DNA of 64,000 nucleotides from Minisyncoccota bacterium. Lineage in GTDB: Bacteria > Patescibacteriota > Minisyncoccia > JBAYJV01. Below the pieces are notes generated by a model. That model did no database searches and was not told where the DNA came from. It saw nothing but the letters and a program-made list of their open reading frames with translations. Positions 1 to 11,333 of this stretch are shown piece after piece. Both the position numbers and the translations under genes were made by a program. The stretch spans positions 200,302 to 264,301 of the forward strand of contig JBAYJV010000002.1 of NCBI GenBank assembly GCA_041664925.1, read 5' to 3'. Numbering within the stretch: position 1 is the stretch's first letter; each line of letters starts with the position of its first letter.

Positions 1-51
1 TTCAATATTGTAATACTTAACTCAATATTTTTCAAGACCTAGTGTTTAATT

Positions 52-1374
52 TTAAAATCCCTTTAGTTTGTCTACTTTTTCATGATCACGAATTTTCGTT
101 AATGCTTTTGCTTCAATTTGACGAATACGCTCTCTGGTCACTCCAAAAACCTGGCCAACTTCTTCAAGAGTATGAGTAATGTTGTCGCTTAAACCAAAAC
201 GCATTTCAAGAATTTTTTTCTCTCTATCTGAAAGGTCGGCAATGATTTCATAAATATGTTCCTTAAGCATTTTTCGCGCCATCAACTCAGAAGGGGAGAG
301 TTCCTTTTTATTTTCAACAAATTCTTCAAGAGTCGTATTGTCTTCTTCGTCGCCAACTGGAGTTTCAAGAGAAACTGTATCTTGAGAAATTTTCATGATA
401 TGGCGGATTTTTCTAAGTTCAAGACCCATTTCAGCCGAAACTTCTTCAGGCAGAGGATCGCGACCAAGCTCTTGGAGTAATTTTCTCCTAATTTGGGTAT
501 ATTTTGAAATTGTTTCAACCATATGAACTGGAATTCTGATTGTTCTGGCATGATCAGCTAATGATCTTGTAATAGCCTGCCTAATCCACCAAGTCGCATA
601 GGTAGAAAACTTATAGCCTCTTCGATAATCAAATTTTTCAACCGCCTTAATTAAACCAAGCGTTCCTTCTTGAATCAGGTCAAGAAAACTTAAATGAGAA
701 CTTCTTCCTGAATATCTTTTGGCAATTGAAACGACCAATCTAAGATTAGCTCTAATCAGAGATTGCCTTGCTTTTTCATCACCCTGAATAATTCGTTTTG
801 CTAAATCTATTTCTTCTTCTCTATTTAATAAGGGCACTTTGCCAATTTCTCTCAGATAAAGCCGCACCGAATCAACATCGTCTCTCGTTGCCTCAAATTC
901 TTTTCCAGTTTCATCTTCTTCTTCGTCTTTTTTAGATTCTTTTTTGGGTTTTTCATATTCAATCGCTTCCTGACTATCTTGAATTATAATACTTTCGTCG
1001 CGAAGATTATCCATTAATTCTTCAAGTCCATCTAAATCTTGTTCTATTTTTGGGAAGAATCGCAAAATTTCATTAAATGTCACAAAACCGCGCGTTCTTC
1101 CTCGCTTAACTAATTTTTTAATAGATTCTTCTTTAATCTTCTTTTCTTGATCTTTGGATAGTTTTATTTTTTTGGGTTTTATCATTGTCTCTTTTTTAAA
1201 AATCTTTTTCGTCTTATATTTGTGTGCAACCGCAGTAACTCTTAGTTTTGACTGAGGTTTTTCTTTGCCCTTTGTTCTTTTCTTTTTTTGAATCTTTCTT
1301 GCAATTACTTTTTTCTGGTTTGGACGATTTCTCTCGGGCTTCTTTTTAAGTTTACCCTTGAGTTTTTCTAGCAT
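52..1374 (-). CDS. rpoD: RNA polymerase primary sigma-70 factor with Lys-rich N-terminal extension
   Basis: [45 protein letters not shown] and [20 protein letters not shown] motifs; ATG at 1374 just after the dnaG stop chosen over 1410. Confidence 0.97.
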   Translation of the reverse strand: MLEKLKGKLKKKPERNRPNQKKVIARKIQKKKRTKGKEKPQSKLRVTAVAHKYKTKKIFKKETMIKPKKIKLSKDQEKKIKEESIKKLVKRGRTRGFVTFNEILRFFPKIEQDLDGLEELMDNLRDESIIIQDSQEAIEYEKPKKESKKDEEEDETGKEFEATRDDVDSVRLYLREIGKVPLLNREEEIDLAKRIIQGDEKARQSLIRANLRLVVSIAKRYSGRSSHLSFLDLIQEGTLGLIKAVEKFDYRRGYKFSTYATWWIRQAITRSLADHARTIRIPVHMVETISKYTQIRRKLLQELGRDPLPEEVSAEMGLELRKIRHIMKISQDTVSLETPVGDEEDNTTLEEFVENKKELSPSELMARKMLKEHIYEIIADLSDREKKILEMRFGLSDNITHTLEEVGQVFGVTRERIRQIEAKALTKIRDHEKVDKLKGF

Positions 1375-1378
1375 GGTT

Positions 1379-3127
1379 TTATTCTTCAAAAGTTTTTTGA
1401 AGCTCACCAATTAAAGTTTTAATAAGTTTTATATCTCCACTGGCTTCTGCTGATTTAATTTTTTCAATAAGCTCAATTTGATGACCCTTGTTTTCTCCTT
1501 GCTTAATATTGGCTGTGATTTTTTCAACTTCTTTTACGACATCTTCTGAAGATAGCTCGCTAAAAAGTTTATCATAATCCGCCTTCAAAGATAAGTAGCC
1601 TAAAACTTCATCAGCAGCAATCGTTTTCGGATCAGGATTTTTTATAAACTTTTCAAAAGAATTCCTTAGTTTCTCGTTTAAGATTATTTTACCATTAAAA
1701 TCCTTAAATTGCTCTTCCAGAACTTGGGGATATTTTAGGAAAATTGTTACCAAATTTTCTTCAAGAATATCTCGCCTTGTTTTTATTTTCTGATCAAGAA
1801 ATATTTCATCGTCTTTGTCTTTGACTCTAATAATCGTATCTTTAGTTTTTGATAGAGCTTCGTAAAGATATTTTTCTTCTATTTTTAAAATTTCTGCTAA
1901 TTTATTTACCCAATGAGATTGCTCAATTGAATTAGCGATTGCTTTTATTAATGGCAGTATTTCTTTAGCAATTTCTTTTTTACCATTGGGTGTTTCAGAT
2001 GAATTTTTCTTGATAGTTTTATCAATTGTATAAGAAAGAAACTCTTCGCCTCCTTTTACGATTTCACTCCATTTTTTCTGATCTGAAAGAACAATGTCGG
2101 CAGGATCTTTACCGCCTTCGAAGGTAAGAATTTTTATAGAAAATCCCAGAGACAATGCTTTTCTAATTGCTCCGTAGGTTGCGATACTGCCTGCTTCGTC
2201 TTGATCAAAGCAAAGTTTTAATTTATCTGTGTATCGCTTCAATAATACTAGGTGATTTTCATTTAAGGCAGTTCCGCAAGTCGCTAAGGTATTTTTCACG
2301 CCAGCTTGATGAGACATTAGAACATCTAAGTTTCCTTCAACCAGAATTGCAAATTTATTCTGCCTAATTGCTTCTCTGGCATGAGTTAATCCATAAAGGG
2401 TACGGCTTTTATTATAGACCGGCGTGTTTGGCGAGTTAATATATTTTGCCGGCGCCCTATCTCCTTTTTCCGGCTCGGGAAAAATTCGTCCAGAAAAACC
2501 AACGGTATGTCCTGCTAAGTCTTCAATCGGGAACATTACTCGCGACCTGAAACGATCATAACTGGGTTTTTTACTATCTTGATATTCCGATTTTATAATC
2601 AAACCCGACAAAATTATATCTGCCTCTTTAAATCCAATTTTTAAAAGATGGTCCTTGAGTCGTCGCCAATCATTCGGCGCATATCCAAGTTTGAATTCTT
2701 TGATGGTTTTTTGAGTAAGTCCACGTTCTTTTAAATAATTTCGCGCCTCTTTGGCTTCTGTTTCTAAAACTTCCTCAAAAAAATCAGACGCAACTTTGTT
2801 TATTTTTAATAGTTGCTCTCGCTGTGATATTAATTTTGGATCTTCTTTCTGAAGTTTTACTCCTGCTTTTTCGGCAAGCATTCTTAGTGCCTCTTTAAAC
2901 TCCAAATTCTCAATTTCCATAATAAACTTAAAAATGTCTCCACCCTTTGAACATCCAAAACAATGCCAAATTTGTTTTTCAGGCGAGACAACAAAAGACG
3001 GGGTTTTTTCTTTATGAAAAGGACATCTGGCTTTATAATTTACTCCTGCTTTTGTTAATTTTAAATAACCTTGGAGAACATCAACAATATCCAGACGATT
3101 TTTTATTTCCTCAAGAGAAGTTAACAT
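1379..3127 (-). CDS. dnaG: DNA primase
   Basis: [11 protein letters not shown]...CFGC zinc finger, [41 protein letters not shown]; upstream of rpoD. Confidence 0.97.
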   Translation of the reverse strand: MLTSLEEIKNRLDIVDVLQGYLKLTKAGVNYKARCPFHKEKTPSFVVSPEKQIWHCFGCSKGGDIFKFIMEIENLEFKEALRMLAEKAGVKLQKEDPKLISQREQLLKINKVASDFFEEVLETEAKEARNYLKERGLTQKTIKEFKLGYAPNDWRRLKDHLLKIGFKEADIILSGLIIKSEYQDSKKPSYDRFRSRVMFPIEDLAGHTVGFSGRIFPEPEKGDRAPAKYINSPNTPVYNKSRTLYGLTHAREAIRQNKFAILVEGNLDVLMSHQAGVKNTLATCGTALNENHLVLLKRYTDKLKLCFDQDEAGSIATYGAIRKALSLGFSIKILTFEGGKDPADIVLSDQKKWSEIVKGGEEFLSYTIDKTIKKNSSETPNGKKEIAKEILPLIKAIANSIEQSHWVNKLAEILKIEEKYLYEALSKTKDTIIRVKDKDDEIFLDQKIKTRRDILEENLVTIFLKYPQVLEEQFKDFNGKIILNEKLRNSFEKFIKNPDPKTIAADEVLGYLSLKADYDKLFSELSSEDVVKEVEKITANIKQGENKGHQIELIEKIKSAEASGDIKLIKTLIGELQKTFEE

Positions 3128-3317
3128 TAAAAAATTGAAAGTTTAAAATGAATGGTTCGATGGGTTTAGTAAACTTACCACAAGTAATGAAAATTTTTTT
3201 ATCTTTTATATTTTATTTTTGATTTTTGATATTTGTGGTAGTTGCCCTTATTCTACCAAATTTTGACTCAAAAGCAACAAAAAAAACGCCCCTACTTTCT
3301 AAAAGACCGTAGGAGCG

Positions 3318-4058
3318 TCAACTCGTTAATCTCAAATCATAATGGTACTTATCGTCATCTGCTTCTAGATGACGATTTTGATGTTCTCCTTTCGAAAATT
3401 CAATCATTGCTAAAACTGCAATAGCACCAAGCAAGCTTAGATTACCAGAAATGTTATACTCGCTTACCAATCTACAAATTTCGTTCAGCCTATCAGTGTC
3501 TTCGAGGTCAACAGAAAAATCACCTATATGTTGAAGTTGATGATCGCCCTCAACAAATTCAAGTAAGCCAGAATTTGCAATATCAACTAAAAGACCGGTA
3601 TTTCCAGTTTCTCTATATCTATCAATGCGCCTGAAAATTTCTTTCATTCTCTTATACTGAGGTTTTCCAGGAGCGCCTAAAAGACCATACCTTAAACCTC
3701 CAATAATAAGGTAAATTCTCATCAGTCTTTCAAAGTCTGTAGACCAGTAAAACTCACCAATAGTTGAAGATTTGTCATTTAAATACCACAAATAACGCTT
3801 CATTAATGATTCAAACTCTGGAGACCATTGGGTTCTCGCTAAGTAGTCAAGCGATTTGTACTGTGTAATATCGTTAACATTTTCCGCCAAACGCATTCTT
3901 ATCCACTGACGAACCTCTTCGCCTTGCATTGGGCATATAGTGAAAGAATGAATTCCTTCATCGTTAGTGTCTTTTGGAATCGATTTTCCATTTCTTGACC
4001 AATACTTAAGAATGATTGCGATAACGACGATAAAGAGCGTTTCAAAGAACATATTCAC
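3318..4058 (-). CDS. hypothetical protein with N-terminal TM and a duplicated Y-x-x-[TS]-G-N...E-F...H motif (phage-like)
   Basis: ORF with own promoter, GTTCTTTAAAA and AGGAGG; GTG at 4058 best spaced from the SD. Confidence 0.75.
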   Translation of the reverse strand: MNMFFETLFIVVIAIILKYWSRNGKSIPKDTNDEGIHSFTICPMQGEEVRQWIRMRLAENVNDITQYKSLDYLARTQWSPEFESLMKRYLWYLNDKSSTIGEFYWSTDFERLMRIYLIIGGLRYGLLGAPGKPQYKRMKEIFRRIDRYRETGNTGLLVDIANSGLLEFVEGDHQLQHIGDFSVDLEDTDRLNEICRLVSEYNISGNLSLLGAIAVLAMIEFSKGEHQNRHLEADDDKYHYDLRLTS

Positions 4059-4200
4059 CGTCACCTCCTTTTTTTAAAGAACTCTATTTTTAATCTACTC
4101 AAAAAAAAAATTAAATCAATTTGAAAAACTGTTGATAAGTTGTTCCTTTTATCTCTTTGATTAGCATCCAAGTTAAGTTAGGATAGGTTAAGAAATAAAT

Positions 4201-4923
4201 ATGAAAAACAATTTTTTTAATAAATTATATTTTTTCTTAACGAGAAAAAGAAAATCAAAGATTAGCGGTAAAATTATTGTTTTTGAAGGTATTGATGGCT
4301 CTGGCAAGGAAACTCAATTTAAGTTATTCATTGAATTGTTAAGAAAACTTCGCGTCCCTTTTAAAACTTTTGACTTTCCCCAATACCAAAAAACTATTGG
4401 CGGAAAAATTTTGCGCTTTGTTCTTGATGGAAAATTTTGCAACCCCAGTGATATTCCTATTAAGCTTTTCTCTTTTTTCTATGCCCTTGATAGAAAAACA
4501 GTTGCCAATGAAATTCGCAAAGCAAGCAGGCAAAACTATGTTGTTGCCCTGAATCGCTATACGACCTCAAACAAAGGTCACCAAACTTGGAAATTTAAAA
4601 CATTAGAAGAACAAGAAGAATACCTCGCTTGGCTTGAAAAACTTGAACACGATGATTTAGGTATTCCTCAAGAAGATATTGTGGTTTTTTTTGATTTAAA
4701 TATTGAGAATGCTCTTATGCTTATTAACAAAAGGCAGCGGGGGACTGATAAAGTTGAAACAGATGTTGATTACTTAACTAATTCCCTTGAAATGTACAGA
4801 AAATTAGCGCAAAAATATTCTCATTGGATTACTATAAAATGCGAAGGTGAAAATGGCGTTCTTTTGCTACCCGAAACAATTCATAAAAAAACCGTTGATA
4901 CAATTATAGAAAGATTAAAATAA
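4201..4923 (+). CDS. tmk: thymidylate kinase
   Basis: IVFEGIDGSGKETQ P-loop, FPQY, FYALDR, NRYTTSNKGHQ. Confidence 0.92.
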   Translation: MKNNFFNKLYFFLTRKRKSKISGKIIVFEGIDGSGKETQFKLFIELLRKLRVPFKTFDFPQYQKTIGGKILRFVLDGKFCNPSDIPIKLFSFFYALDRKTVANEIRKASRQNYVVALNRYTTSNKGHQTWKFKTLEEQEEYLAWLEKLEHDDLGIPQEDIVVFFDLNIENALMLINKRQRGTDKVETDVDYLTNSLEMYRKLAQKYSHWITIKCEGENGVLLLPETIHKKTVDTIIERLK

Positions 4924-5019
4924 ACATAAATAGGTTTCTTGAACAAATTCTTAATTTCGGGTATCATTGTGGTAATGTTTATATTGCTACTAATAACTTT
5001 GACTATTTAAAGAGGCACT

Positions 5020-6855
5020 ATGACAAATGAAAGAAAAACCGAAATAATCACAAGAGAACACTTTTCTAAATTTTTGGATTCTGTTTATATTGAAGAACAA
5101 CGCTCAGATAATCCAAAAATTGATAAGTTATTAAAAACAGCCTCAAAAAAAGGCGGTGGAAAAGGTTATCCTGAGTTTATTATTAGCTATAAAACTAATC
5201 CTAATTTATTGATTGTTGTTGAATGTAAGGCAGATGTAATAAAACACGAAAGTAAAGATCGTGATAAATATTCAGAGTTTGCAGTTGATGGTGCCTTACT
5301 TTACGCTTCCTATCTATCTAAAGATTTTGATGTTTTAGCAATCGCAGTTAGTGGAGAAACAAAACAATCATTAAGAGTTTCTCATTTTTTGCATTTAAAG
5401 GATGAGAAAAAAGCAACTCCAATTTTCGGAGATAAATTTTTATCCGTTGATGATTATTTGAACGGATATTTAAAAAGTCCTGAAAAATTTAGACAAGATT
5501 ATAATTCGCTTTTAGATTTTACAAAACAACTTAACGAAAAACTACATACTTATAAAATTCTTGAAAGCCAAAGAAGTTTGCTTATTAGCTCAATTTTGAT
5601 TGCTTTAGAAAATACCGCCTTCAAAAGGTCTTATGCTTCGCATAAAAAACCAGAAAATCTTGCTGTTTCACTTATTCAAACAGTTTCCGATGAATTAGAA
5701 AGTGCAAATATTACAGGAAAAAAACTTGAAAATCTAAACACTCAATTTAGTTTTATTAAAACAGATACTTCTTTGTCAAAAAAAGAAAATGTTTTGAAAG
5801 AAATTATTGACGAGATCGATGAAAACATAAATGCTTTTATTAAAACTCATAAATACTTTGATGTTTTAGGTCAGCTTTATATTGAATTTTTGAGATATGC
5901 AAACAGCGACAAAGGTTTGGGAATTGTTTTAACGCCTCCACATATTACAGAACTTTTTGCTGATTTAGCACAAGTCAATAAAAACTCTATTGCTTATGAT
6001 AATTGTACTGGAACAGGTGGGTTTTTGATTAGTGCGATGAAAAAAATGGTTGCAGATGCAAAAGGCGATGAAACAAAAATTAAAGAAATTAAAGCAAAGC
6101 AGCTTATCGGAACAGAGTATCAATCGCATATTTTCGCTTTAGCAGTTTCAAATATGTATATCCACCAAGACGGAAAAACAAATATCATAAATGGCAGTTG
6201 TTTTGACGAAGAAGTTATTGAAGAGGTAAAAGCAAAAAAGCCGACAGTTGGATTTTTAAATCCGCCTTACAAGTCAAACAAAAAAACGGATACCGACGAA
6301 TTAGAATTTATTTTGAATAATTTAGAGTGTTTAGTTGACGGCGGAACTTGCGTTGCGATTGTCCCAATGCAAAGTGTTTTAGCGATAAGTGGCAAAGTTT
6401 TAGAATTAAAAAAGAAACTTCTTGAAAAACACACTCTACAAGCGGTTTTATCGATGCCAGATGAATTATTTCTTAATTCAAAAGTCGGTGTTGTTTCTTG
6501 TGTCATAGTTTTTACAGCACACAGACCGCACCCAAATCACAAAGAAACATACTTTGGTTATTACAAAGATGACGGTTTTGTTAAAAGAAAAAACAAGGGA
6601 AGAATTGACGCTTATGGTAAGTGGCAAGAAATAAAAGAGAAATGGCTTGCAAATTTTGAAAACAGAAAAAATGAAGCTGGATTTAGTGTTAATCAAATAA
6701 TTACTGCCGATATGGAATGGGCAGCGGAAGCCTACATGGAAACAGATTATTCAAATTTAAAAGATGAAAACTTTGAAGACACTATTTTAAACTATGTAAC
6801 CTTTTTGCATAGCAATAAACTTTTAGATAAAAATCAGGACTATGGCAATGAATAA
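5020..6855 (+). CDS. BcgI-like type IIB/IIG restriction-modification subunit (endonuclease + N6-adenine MTase)
   Basis: YPEF...VECK nuclease motif, GIVLTPPHI, DNCTGTGGFL (motif I), NPPY (motif IV). Confidence 0.88.
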   Translation: MTNERKTEIITREHFSKFLDSVYIEEQRSDNPKIDKLLKTASKKGGGKGYPEFIISYKTNPNLLIVVECKADVIKHESKDRDKYSEFAVDGALLYASYLSKDFDVLAIAVSGETKQSLRVSHFLHLKDEKKATPIFGDKFLSVDDYLNGYLKSPEKFRQDYNSLLDFTKQLNEKLHTYKILESQRSLLISSILIALENTAFKRSYASHKKPENLAVSLIQTVSDELESANITGKKLENLNTQFSFIKTDTSLSKKENVLKEIIDEIDENINAFIKTHKYFDVLGQLYIEFLRYANSDKGLGIVLTPPHITELFADLAQVNKNSIAYDNCTGTGGFLISAMKKMVADAKGDETKIKEIKAKQLIGTEYQSHIFALAVSNMYIHQDGKTNIINGSCFDEEVIEEVKAKKPTVGFLNPPYKSNKKTDTDELEFILNNLECLVDGGTCVAIVPMQSVLAISGKVLELKKKLLEKHTLQAVLSMPDELFLNSKVGVVSCVIVFTAHRPHPNHKETYFGYYKDDGFVKRKNKGRIDAYGKWQEIKEKWLANFENRKNEAGFSVNQIITADMEWAAEAYMETDYSNLKDENFEDTILNYVTFLHSNKLLDKNQDYGNE

Positions 6856-7843
6856 ATTAGTACAAGTATCGGATTTATTTAATGTCATTTATGGCGTTAA
6901 TTTAGAGTTGGTAAATTTAACTCAATGTAAAAATACAGATAAAAATGCTGTACCTTTTGTTTCTCGTACAGAAAATAATAATGGTGTTTCTGCCTACGTT
7001 GAAATAGAATTAGACGTCGAACTAAATCCAGCACATACACTATCCGTTGCAGGTGGAGGATCTGTTTTGTCAACTTTTTATCAAGCATTTCCTTATTACA
7101 GTGGTCGTGATTTATATGTACTTATCCCCAAAGGAAAAATGAGCGTTATAGAAATGCTTTTTTATGCAAAATGTATCAGCGCAAACAAATATAAATATAA
7201 CTATGGAAGACAAGCAAATAAAACACTAAAAAATATCTTAATTCCATCTCAAATCCCTGAAGAATTAAAAAACAAACTCACCGCTTATTATAAAGAATTA
7301 GAAAAAAGCATTTCTCAAAAACCTTTAGTAGATAAAAAAATCAAACTTGAAATTGATAAATGGGAAAGTTTTATTATTGGAAAATTATTTAAAGTTACAT
7401 TAGGTTCTCATATTCATAGTCTTGAAATTGAAGAAATAGTTGCAGAAAAAAGTAATAAAAATATATCTTATGTTACTAGAACAGCAACAAACAACGGAGT
7501 TGAATTGTTTGTAGAAAATAATGTTTCGATAGAAGAAAAAATCAATTTAGCAAATTGTATTACAGTTGGCGCAGAAGGTTTTAAAGCTTTTTTTCAGCCT
7601 TTAAATTTTATCAACGGAAATAAGATAAGCATAATTAGACATTACAAATTGAATAAATATGTAGCTCTATTTATCAGCACTTTACTAAATTTAGAAATAG
7701 AAAAAAAATTCAATTATGGCAGAGGCGCAACAAAAGAAAGAATAAGCCAATTAAAAATAAAATTACCAGTAAAAAATGGAAATCCTGATTTTGAGTATAT
7801 GGAAAACTATATTAAGTCCTTGTCTTATTCTTCAAGTTTATAA
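6842..7843 (+). CDS. R-M specificity subunit (BcgIB/HsdS-like)
   Basis: Two repeated TRD-like halves (VSRTENNNGV / VTRTATNNGV; YNYGR / FNYGR), C-terminal PDFEYMENYIKSL; overlaps the MTase stop. Confidence 0.85.
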   Translation: MAMNKLVQVSDLFNVIYGVNLELVNLTQCKNTDKNAVPFVSRTENNNGVSAYVEIELDVELNPAHTLSVAGGGSVLSTFYQAFPYYSGRDLYVLIPKGKMSVIEMLFYAKCISANKYKYNYGRQANKTLKNILIPSQIPEELKNKLTAYYKELEKSISQKPLVDKKIKLEIDKWESFIIGKLFKVTLGSHIHSLEIEEIVAEKSNKNISYVTRTATNNGVELFVENNVSIEEKINLANCITVGAEGFKAFFQPLNFINGNKISIIRHYKLNKYVALFISTLLNLEIEKKFNYGRGATKERISQLKIKLPVKNGNPDFEYMENYIKSLSYSSSL

Positions 7844-7875
7844 TTTAAAATCTAAAATTTAAAGTAAAAATTTTC

Positions 7876-8940
7876 ATGAAAATTTTTTCCGGCATTCAAC
7901 CAACTGGCAAACTTCATATCGGCAATTATTTTGGCGCAATTCAAAACATGGTTAAACTTCAGGAGGAGAATGAGGCAATTTTTTCTATTGTTGATTTGCA
8001 CGCCATCACGGTTGATTATGATCCCAAAGATTTTCAATCTCGCATCAACGATACGATTTTAGATTTTTTGGCTTGCGGTATTGATCCTCAAAAATCAATT
8101 ATATTTATCCAATCGCAAATAAAAGAGCACTCTGAACTTGCTTGGCTTTTAGATACTGTTGCTTCCGTTGGCGAACTCCAGCGCATGACTCAGTTTAAAG
8201 ATAAATCTCAGAAAGAAGCCATCTCTAATATGAAAACATTCAGTAAAGAAGAATCAGAAAAAATTATCAAGCATCTTCCTGATGTGCATCCAATAGTTAA
8301 AACCAGCCTTCGAGAAGCTATCATTAGCGCAGGATTATTTAATTATCCCGTTCTTATGGCTGCAGACATTCTCTTATACGACACAGAAGCTGTTCCAGTT
8401 GGAGACGACCAAAAACAGCACTTGGAATTAACTCAAAACATCATTCGCCGTTTCAATAATAAATTCGGCGAGACATTCAAAAACATCAAACCGCTCATTC
8501 CACAAGAAGGCGCTCGAATCATGAGTCTCAAAGATCCATCTAAAAAAATGAGTAAGTCCGAACCCGATGGTTGTCTTTTTATTACCGACGCTCCCGAAGA
8601 AATTGAAAGAAAAATTAAATCGGCTGTTACTGACACCGAAAGAACTGTTAGTTTTGATCCGGAAAAAAGACCGGCGCTTGCCAATCTTTTAATGATTTAT
8701 GCTTTGTCTGAAAATAAACCAATTAAAAATATTGACTTAAATCAATTTGATGGCCACGCATCGTTCAAAAAAGCGCTTACCGAAAGTCTTATAAAAACAT
8801 TTGAACCGATTAGGAGGAAGCGAGAAGAATTAGAAAAACAACCAGAATACATAAAAGAAATTTTAGAAGAGGGGAGAGTAAAGGCGCAAGCCATTGCCAG
8901 TAAAAAAATCGAACAAGTTAAAGGGGTAATGGGATTATAA
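7876..8940 (+). CDS. trpS: tryptophan--tRNA ligase
   Basis: SGIQPTGKLHIGNY, RMTQFKDK, YPVLMAADILLY, VPVGDDQKQH, KMSKS. Confidence 0.97.
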   Translation: MKIFSGIQPTGKLHIGNYFGAIQNMVKLQEENEAIFSIVDLHAITVDYDPKDFQSRINDTILDFLACGIDPQKSIIFIQSQIKEHSELAWLLDTVASVGELQRMTQFKDKSQKEAISNMKTFSKEESEKIIKHLPDVHPIVKTSLREAIISAGLFNYPVLMAADILLYDTEAVPVGDDQKQHLELTQNIIRRFNNKFGETFKNIKPLIPQEGARIMSLKDPSKKMSKSEPDGCLFITDAPEEIERKIKSAVTDTERTVSFDPEKRPALANLLMIYALSENKPIKNIDLNQFDGHASFKKALTESLIKTFEPIRRKREELEKQPEYIKEILEEGRVKAQAIASKKIEQVKGVMGL

Positions 8941-8985
8941 CTTTAAACCATAAACAATAGACATTAAACTTTAAACTTAAAAACT

Positions 8986-9222
8986 ATGCCAGAAAAAAAT
9001 GAACGAGGCAGGGATAGTTTCATGGAAGAAATAGATATTCCTTCCTTTCAGGATTTTTTAACAGAACAAGGAATTTCTCCAGAAGATGAAAAAATTCCGC
9101 TCTTAAGAAAAATCTGGAATGTAGCGATTACCGCTGCTTGTGATTATTTTGGAAATCAAGAAGGAACTGATTATGGCGCTTCTGAAGCTTTATTAGTCCC
9201 CGATTCGGAAAAAGACGATTAA
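8986..9222 (+). CDS. hypothetical protein
   Basis: 78-aa acidic ORF codirectional with trpS. Confidence 0.6.
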   Translation: MPEKNERGRDSFMEEIDIPSFQDFLTEQGISPEDEKIPLLRKIWNVAITAACDYFGNQEGTDYGASEALLVPDSEKDD

Positions 9223-9339
9223 TAAAATGAAAAACCTGTAGATATCTAACATCCCTCGTCGCTGACATAGATAAAGCGCTGATTTTGCCCAAAAGATTGA
9301 CCGTAGATGTCCGACATCTACAACTGAAATTTTAATTAT

Positions 9340-9630
9340 ATGTCTATCGAAAAAGAACCAAGACAAGAAAAAACTTTTAAAGAAATTGAGCAAGAAATGC
9401 ATGAGCAAGGTTATCTTTACGCAGGAATTGAATCACTCACAATCACCCGATTAGATGAAAAAGATAGTCGATTTAAAGCTTTTCCATCTCAGACAAGAGA
9501 ACAGATCATAGAAAAACATTCTAGTGATGGCAGACTTGAAGTTGAACTAATTGATATTCCTAATCGAATTCCAGGACCACAAGACCAAGAAGCTGTCTGG
9601 GTCTTTGTCAAAGAAAAAGAAAAAAATTAA
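9340..9630 (+). CDS. hypothetical protein
   Basis: 96-aa ORF with normal composition. Confidence 0.65.
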   Translation: MSIEKEPRQEKTFKEIEQEMHEQGYLYAGIESLTITRLDEKDSRFKAFPSQTREQIIEKHSSDGRLEVELIDIPNRIPGPQDQEAVWVFVKEKEKN

Positions 9631-9670
9631 TTATTCTATATTCAAAATTCTAAATTCCTTATTGTAAATA

Positions 9671-10360
9671 ATGACTAACAAAGATTATTCTAAAAATATA
9701 TATTTAAGCCTCACAGGAGAAACCACGAAAGACTGGCAATCCAAAATCAATGAAATTAATGCTTTAGGATTAGATACGGTTGCGCTTTTTCTTGAGGTTT
9801 ATGAAAAATCGGAACGAACAAAAATTTATGAAGCGCTTGAAAAGAGCTCCATCAAAAACATTCCCTTAGTTCACATCAGGAGTGACATGACAAAAGATGA
9901 GTTGAAATATCTTTGTGAAAAATATAACTATCCTTGTCTCACAATCCACGAAAAATTTTTTAATCGGTTGCCTGATTGGAGTGGATACCATCAATATTTA
10001 TACCTAGAAATGGATTATGACAATAGTGTCTCAAAGCAAGTCGATGTTGATAAAATTGGTGGTTTTTGCATTGATTTATCTCATTTTAAAACTGCGGAAG
10101 AAAAATGGACTAAAGAATTTGAATATATTATCGCCAATAAAAATAAAAAAAATCTTTTCAAATGCAACCATCTCAACGGTTATTCATATTCTAAAAATAG
10201 AGACATGCACATCATATCTTCTTTTGACGAATTTGAATATCTAAAAACCTTGCCTGATTTTGTTTTTGGAGATATTGTCGCATTGGAAGTTTATAATTCT
10301 ATTAGCGACCAAATTATGTATAAAAAATATATTGTAAATTTGTTGAAAGGAGAATGTTAA
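9671..10360 (+). CDS. hypothetical protein, possible TIM-barrel metal-binding (AP-endonuclease-2-like)
   Basis: LVHIR, YLEMD, CIDLSH, HLNG, ALEV spacing of metal-ligand-like residues. Confidence 0.6.
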   Translation: MTNKDYSKNIYLSLTGETTKDWQSKINEINALGLDTVALFLEVYEKSERTKIYEALEKSSIKNIPLVHIRSDMTKDELKYLCEKYNYPCLTIHEKFFNRLPDWSGYHQYLYLEMDYDNSVSKQVDVDKIGGFCIDLSHFKTAEEKWTKEFEYIIANKNKKNLFKCNHLNGYSYSKNRDMHIISSFDEFEYLKTLPDFVFGDIVALEVYNSISDQIMYKKYIVNLLKGEC

Positions 10361-10379
10361 ATTTTCCTATATCACATCT

Positions 10380-11324
10380 ATGAAGATTATTTTTATCGGT
10401 ACCGGAAAATTTGGATCAATCGTTTTAAGCAAGCTTTTAAAGTCAAAATACAAGCCCGATATTGTCGTTTGCGCTTACGATAAGCCCGTCGGCCGCTCTC
10501 AAGAGCTTTGCGCTTGCGAAACCAAACAAGTCGCTACCGAAAACAAAATTGAAGTTCTTGAATTGGACACAGTTAAAGAAGAAAAAAACATAAAAAAGAT
10601 TGTTTCCTTGAAATCAGATCTAATTATTGTTGCCGATACAAATTTCATTTTACCCAAGGAAGTTCTCGATCTTCCCAAGCACGGCTGCTTAAACATTCAT
10701 CCTTCGCTTCTTCCTCAATATCGCGGTCCATCTCCAATTCAATCTGTTATTTTTTGGGGAAAAACCGAAACAGGCGTAACGATTATAAAAATGGATGAAC
10801 GCATTGATCACGGTCCGATTGTTGCCAAACAAAAAGTATCAGTTATTGAAGGAGAAACTTTTGAAGGATTAAGAAATAAATTAGCAGAAGCAGGCGCAGA
10901 CTTGCTGGTAAAGACTTTGCCTGATTGGGTTTCTGGAAAAATCAATCCCCTTATTCAAATTGATGAAGATGCCATTTATACGAAAAAATTTGAAAAAGAA
11001 GATGGCAGAATAGATTGGAAAAACACCGCTGATTATATTGAAAGACTTGTTCGCGCTTTAAATCCTTGGCCCGGCACCTACACATTCTTTAATCGCAAAG
11101 AAGAAATAAAGCGCCTCAAGATTTTAAAAGCAAAAGCCACTGACCTTGAAGCAAAAAGCTTTGAAGAAGGAAAACTTACAGAAACTCAAGAAAAAAAACC
11201 AGCAATTCTTTGCAGTCAAGGAATTCTTTTACTGGAAGAAGTTCAGGTAGAAGGAAAAAATAAAATGACCGGTGAAGAATTTCTCAATGGTTATCATGGA
11301 CTTATCGGTATAAAATTCGAATAA
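10380..11324 (+). CDS. fmt: methionyl-tRNA formyltransferase
   Basis: IIFIGT, NIHPSLLPQYRGPSPIQ, GVTIIKMDERIDHG, RALNPWPG. Confidence 0.95.
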   Translation: MKIIFIGTGKFGSIVLSKLLKSKYKPDIVVCAYDKPVGRSQELCACETKQVATENKIEVLELDTVKEEKNIKKIVSLKSDLIIVADTNFILPKEVLDLPKHGCLNIHPSLLPQYRGPSPIQSVIFWGKTETGVTIIKMDERIDHGPIVAKQKVSVIEGETFEGLRNKLAEAGADLLVKTLPDWVSGKINPLIQIDEDAIYTKKFEKEDGRIDWKNTADYIERLVRALNPWPGTYTFFNRKEEIKRLKILKAKATDLEAKSFEEGKLTETQEKKPAILCSQGILLLEEVQVEGKNKMTGEEFLNGYHGLIGIKFE

Positions 11325-11333
11325 AAATACAGG

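Noticed and set aside
1375-1410. rpoD start at 1410 overlapping dnaG
   Set aside because: ATG at 1374, just after the dnaG stop, is more parsimonious.
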